A program made the position numbers and the translations under genes. 64,000 bases of DNA from Plasmodiophora brassicae (lineage: Eukaryota). The notes under the pieces were generated by a model that made no database searches, was not told where the DNA came from, and saw only the letters and a program-made list of their open reading frames with translations. Shown here in pieces: positions 59,962 to 64,000 of this stretch; within the stretch, counting starts at the first letter, position 1; each line of letters begins with the position of its first letter. The DNA is taken from assembly GCA_036867785.1 (NCBI GenBank), contig CP145418.1, positions 186,001 to 250,000 of the forward strand, written 5' to 3'.

Positions 59962-62000
59962 TAGTTTAGTTTAGTTTAGTCTATTTGTGTTTCGCGCTTT
60001 TCAGGCAGGCGCCTCGGTCTCGGGTCCGAGGACCGTAGGATCGCTTCCAGAATCCCACAGCTGATCATTGCTGAGGATGACGACCGTGCACCTGCGTATG
60101 ATCCTTGTGATGATGTTGCAACGGTCGGACAGCGCCCGTGTGGCAATAGACGGTAGGAGGTTGACGTTTCGGTCGACGGCGAGCAGTACGCCAGAGGGGA
60201 GGGACGCGGAGGACTGCTCGATCTTGAAGAGGCGGCTGGCGCGAAGTTCGCCTGACGTGCGGCAGCTGGCGGGATTAGGCGGTTCTCACTGTTTATTCAT
60301 GAAATAAACAGCTGGCGACGCCCGACGCAGTGACGGGTGTGATGCATCGGGGCGGCTGGTGATGTCCGCTGTATATCGAGCAGGCCGCTCAGCTAATCAG
60401 AGTGCGAGCGCACCGCTGCGCGCGTCGAGCACCACGTGCACCGTCGCCTGCTCGCCACCGATTTGGCTGAGCGGCGCAGTGCGCGCCGTCATCGTGCTCG
60501 GACGACCGAACATCGTCTGTCGGCCCGACGCAGCACACCCGCCGTAGCGTCGGGCGTTGCTCAGCTGTTTGTCTGACAAGGTTCTGCGCTGTCTCTTCCC
60601 GTGGCGATCAGCTCGCGGACGCCGGGCCCGTTCTCGCACCTGACGCAGGCGCCGGCCGCCCCAGAGCGTCGCCTCGTTCACGTTCCGTGCCGCGATGCTG
60701 ATCGTGACATGGAACGCTGACGGCCTGACACCAGAAAGGGTGCAGGCCGTCGCCGGTCTCGAGGTGCATGGCCTGGTTGATGGACGAGAGCGCGTCCCAG
60801 CGCGAGTTCCCAGAATACCCGTCCAACCATTGCTGGGAGCCGGGGCGGCGCGCCTTGGCCGCCGGGCCAGCGCCGGCCTGTGCCTCATAGCGCTGACCGC
60901 CTGCTGTGTCGAGCTCGCTGCGCGTCATCCGCCGCCAATACCCATCTGGACCGTCTGGCGCGTGGATCAGGTGGTCCTGGCCGACACGTGTACGTCCGCG
61001 AGGATCGTCATCGTCACGGGCGACTTCAATGCACACCTCGGGCGCCTGACGTCCGGCGACCACCAGTGGGACACCCGAGGGGTAGTCGTCCACGACTTTG
61101 CCAGTGCGAGCGCCCTGCAACTGCTGAACGCCGACCTGCGCTACGACCCGTTGTGATGGACGTCCCGGGACGCCTGGGACGGGCACTCGATTGTCGACTT
61201 TCTCGCTCGTTTCCGCTGGAGGTTACGCCACACTGGCGATTACGCGTCCGCCTCACCCGTTCGGCCAGCGCCTCCTGCTGACACGACTGGCGTCGACACC
61301 AGGGGTGACGAGCGAAACGTCAACGACGGAGCGCCCGTCGCGGGCGTCGAGGAACGTCCACCGTGATGCGTCGCACCGTAGGTCGGCATTCAGCGGATAC
61401 AAGGCGCTCGCGCCGACAAGGTGTAAACGATACCTCTCGAGGGTGATCGCCGGTCAGGCGCTCGAGGTGCGCGTTGAAGTCGACCGATCCACGCACGCCA
61501 GATGGCCCGGAAGGGTATCGGCCGCAGCACACCCGCTGTTGCGCGGGCGTTGCCCAGCTGTTGATCTGACAAATAGACATTGAGAATCGCCTAGAACCTA
61601 CCCGGTTCTGTGCTGGGCGACGAGTCGAGGATGGAGCGGCGACGGGCATATCGGGGTGCCCACGGCGCGCACGTGCATGCTCAACCAGGACCGCGACGAC
61701 ATTAGGAAGGGCAGGCAGTGCTCATACGTCTTGCGCAGGTGCGACTGGGGCTCGATGCCTCGCCAGTTACCCGGATCCATGCCATCGGAGTCCTTCTTCA
61801 GCGCCCTGCTTCATGAACGCTGACGTCGGCACGAGGTGCAGCGCGTAGAAGATCGATGTACATGGCCGAGATCCAGTGCCAGGCGGCTTCCGGGTCGATG
61901 CCGGGACCGAACGAGCTGGCCTCTTCTTGGGTTCAGTTGGCGGGACGACACCGCTGGCGGACTGTGCGACTGAACGGTGCATCTTGGAGAGAAAGACGCC
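59962..62000. mobile_element. Cluster of rearranged LINE relics
   Basis: (TAAAC)n tail on the minus strand; 60050-60260 (-) is homologous to 29300-29500 (RLFKIEQ...NxQLW); APE endonuclease motifs IVTWNADGL and IVTGDFNAHLG (+); inverted DFNAHL copy; RT-entry motif DPGNWRGI...RKTYE (-). Confidence 0.75.
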
Positions 62001-62129
62001 AGATCGGCGACCTGCCTGGCGCGCAAGTCGACTGCCATGACCCGTGTGTGGCCACTGGTCACGCCACGATGGCGCCCTACCGAATCAGTACAAAATCGAA
62101 CCAGTAGAGTAACGAACAGGCGAACGTTA

Positions 62130-63125
62130 TTAGATCAGGTGAGCAGTGGCAGGGCAGGACAGCGTTTGGTCGATCGTCTCCTGGGAATCAATGTCGGCGA
62201 ACTGGAAATCGTCGTCGATAGCGAAGCGCCTTGTCCGTTTCCAGACCGACAGCGTGTCGCGGCTCACAGGGAACGATGGCAGCGGAACGCGGAGGACCAT
62301 GTGGAAACGGGCGTGAAGTTCCAGCTGGGCTTCCGGGCCGATCGATTTTCCCCAAGGGTTCTCCAGCATTGTGCTGCCCAGCATCTCCCCAACTAGTATC
62401 ACCTAAAAACGAAGAATGTCAACGGACAAACGGAACCTGCATACAGATATCATTGCCGGACCGTATCGCCTCGATAAGTACGAAGGCAGTGCTCGGCAAG
62501 AGAGTACTGCGCATCGTCTTCGAAGTCGTCAGGATAGCATAAGAACAACGCGCGATCAGCATGCTTCGATAAATCTTCAGGACCACCTTTCTCGATGCGG
62601 GTCCAGTTCCCTGGGCGGCCAACAGTCTTGTCGTAGGCGATAGCATCGACACCATTATCGCGAAGCAGCCGCGCCCAGTAACCTGAACATATCAAGTGAG
62701 ATTCATTCTGAAAGCGCCAACGATCTAGCACGGATATGACCTTTGCCAGCGCCAACTTCGACAATAGGAGCAAACTCGCGAATGATACGAATCGCGCGAT
62801 CGTCAGGAATCGCCCAGGCGTACTTGTCCATCAGATCATCCAACGGCATGCTCGCGAATAGTTGTTCCCGTTCATAATCCGAAAGACTCGGTTTGAACAT
62901 CATTTCGATCCCAGGAGTGGATCGCCGCCACTCTTCGAAGCGTTTCAGGAACTCGTTACCATCCAATGCTGGACCGCATTGACCAGCGGCTTTCTTTCGA
63001 CGTCGCTTAGGTTTTTCTCCATTATCGTTGCACCCATCGTTGTTACATGCACGTTTCTTGCGCTGGGCACGAATTCCCGCCACTTTAGCTCGCAAGCTCT
63101 CCACATTCAGGTCGTCATCGTCCAT
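62130..63125 (-). CDS. Putative class I SAM-dependent methyltransferase-like protein (3 exons)
   Basis: YAWAIP...IVEVGAGKG|YWARLL, AYD, LFLCYP and VGE motifs. Confidence 0.7.
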
Positions 63126-63312
63126 CGTCGTCCTCGGACTCCGCCACGGACGCCGTGAGCCCGCGACCAACAACAGTGTTGTCGAGCGCGCAACTACTAC
63201 CTGTCGAGGTCGGGCTTGCAGGAAGTCCAGCAACGGCACACGCCAAGGTTGTGTCCCGTGTATGACGGTCTGTCGTGGAAGGAGGGCGGGTCCTTTATTG
63301 AGCAAATGTGTT

Positions 63313-63957
63313 TCAACTAGATGAGCCGTTACTGCTGCCTCCGTTGTCACTGCCGTCACCGCAAAACTTATCGACGTCCAAGTCTGAGCCGGCAACCGAC
63401 TGAATGTTGTTCTTGCATTGAGCGATCTCGTCCTTCTTCTGGTTGTACTCGGGCGTGTCTTTTTTACCTGTCTTCTCCATGTCCTCACACTCCTTCTTTT
63501 TGGTCTTGACGGTCTCTTTCAGCTGATTGCAAACGTCCTGTTTCTGCTTGTCGAGGTGGGTAACATCAGTCTTCTTTTGTCCACTAGCGCTAGCCGACAT
63601 GCTTCCACCATTGCTCGTGCTGCTTCCGCTTCCGCTCCCGCCGCTGCTGCCCCCATAACTGCTGCTTTGACTGCCTCCGTTGCTTCCGCTGCTGCTACGT
63701 CCTCCACTGCTTCCTCCGCTACTGCCGCCACCATAGCTTCCACGGCCGCTGCTTCCACCTCCGCTGCCACCGTAGCTGCCACCGCTGCTGCTTCCGCCTC
63801 CGCTGCCACCGTAGCTGCCACCGCCGCTGCTTCCGCCTCCGCTGGCTCCATAGCTCCCACCGCTGCTGCTTCCACTGCCACTGCCACTCTTTCCACCGGC
63901 GCCACTGCCACTGCTGCCACCGCCACCGCTGCCTCCGCCACTGCCACCGCCGCCACC
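63313..63957 (-). CDS. Gly/Ser-rich low-complexity protein with Cys-containing helical C-terminus (3' exon; gene continues beyond the window)
   Basis: (GGSG/GGSYGG)n is in frame with the 63313..63600 ORF; splice acceptor near 63958. Confidence 0.7.
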   Translation of the reverse strand, partial: GGGGGSGGGSGGGGSSGSGAGGKSGSGSGSSSGGSYGASGGGSSGGGSYGGSGGGSSSGGSYGGSGGGSSGRGSYGGGSSGGSSGGRSSSGSNGGSQSSSYGGSSGGSGSGSSTSNGGSMSASASGQKKTDVTHLDKQKQDVCNQLKETVKTKKKECEDMEKTGKKDTPEYNQKKDEIAQCKNNIQSVAGSDLDVDKFCGDGSDNGGSSNGSSS

Positions 63958-64000
63958 TGGAGCAACGTCGTCTTAGTGTCAAGTCATGCCGTAAGCAAAT

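Noticed and set aside
63519-63982. Ala/Val-rich and Trp/Gln/Arg-rich ORFs
   Set aside because: These are alternative frames of the Gly/Ser low-complexity exon.
1-64000. Most short overlapping or antisense ORFs in the provided track; prokaryotic operon or defence-system interpretation
   Set aside because: High GC yields many shadow ORFs. The real genes are spliced eukaryotic genes, and I saw no Cas, TnpB/Fanzor, retron or integrase motifs.

Overview
Eukaryotic, GC-rich, gene-dense DNA with many short (~45-65 nt) GT-AG introns. The style resembles the phytomyxid protist Plasmodiophora brassicae, but that is an inference. The raw ORF track therefore fragments most genes, and the gene models below were stitched by eye. 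The left and central parts carry housekeeping genes: ABHD18-like hydrolase, two DUF4336/MBL-fold paralogs, Nup88-like, a CMGC-type kinase, a Dsn1-like candidate, PGM2, HSBP1, TVP15/COPI-associated protein, Bet1 and Stx8-like SNAREs, an ABCD transporter, TFIIA-gamma, a nucleoside hydrolase, ECI1 and a GH16 glucanase. There is also a five-member back-to-back array of intronless multipass membrane proteins. A three-level nested transposon lies at 27.8-33.0 kb (PIF/Harbinger > long-TIR element > LINE fragment). Beyond ~48 kb the window is TE-rich: a 254-bp foldback, a hAT derivative, a CACTA-like relic, LINE relics and tails, two identical tRNA-Lys(CTT) genes and a three-member signal-peptide/TM family. 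The most intriguing unexplained signal is a pair of non-coding segments (1.74-1.88 kb and 55.42-55.57 kb). They differ in sequence but fold by eye into the same multibranch architecture and share the motifs GGTATAAT and CTGACCGGT.
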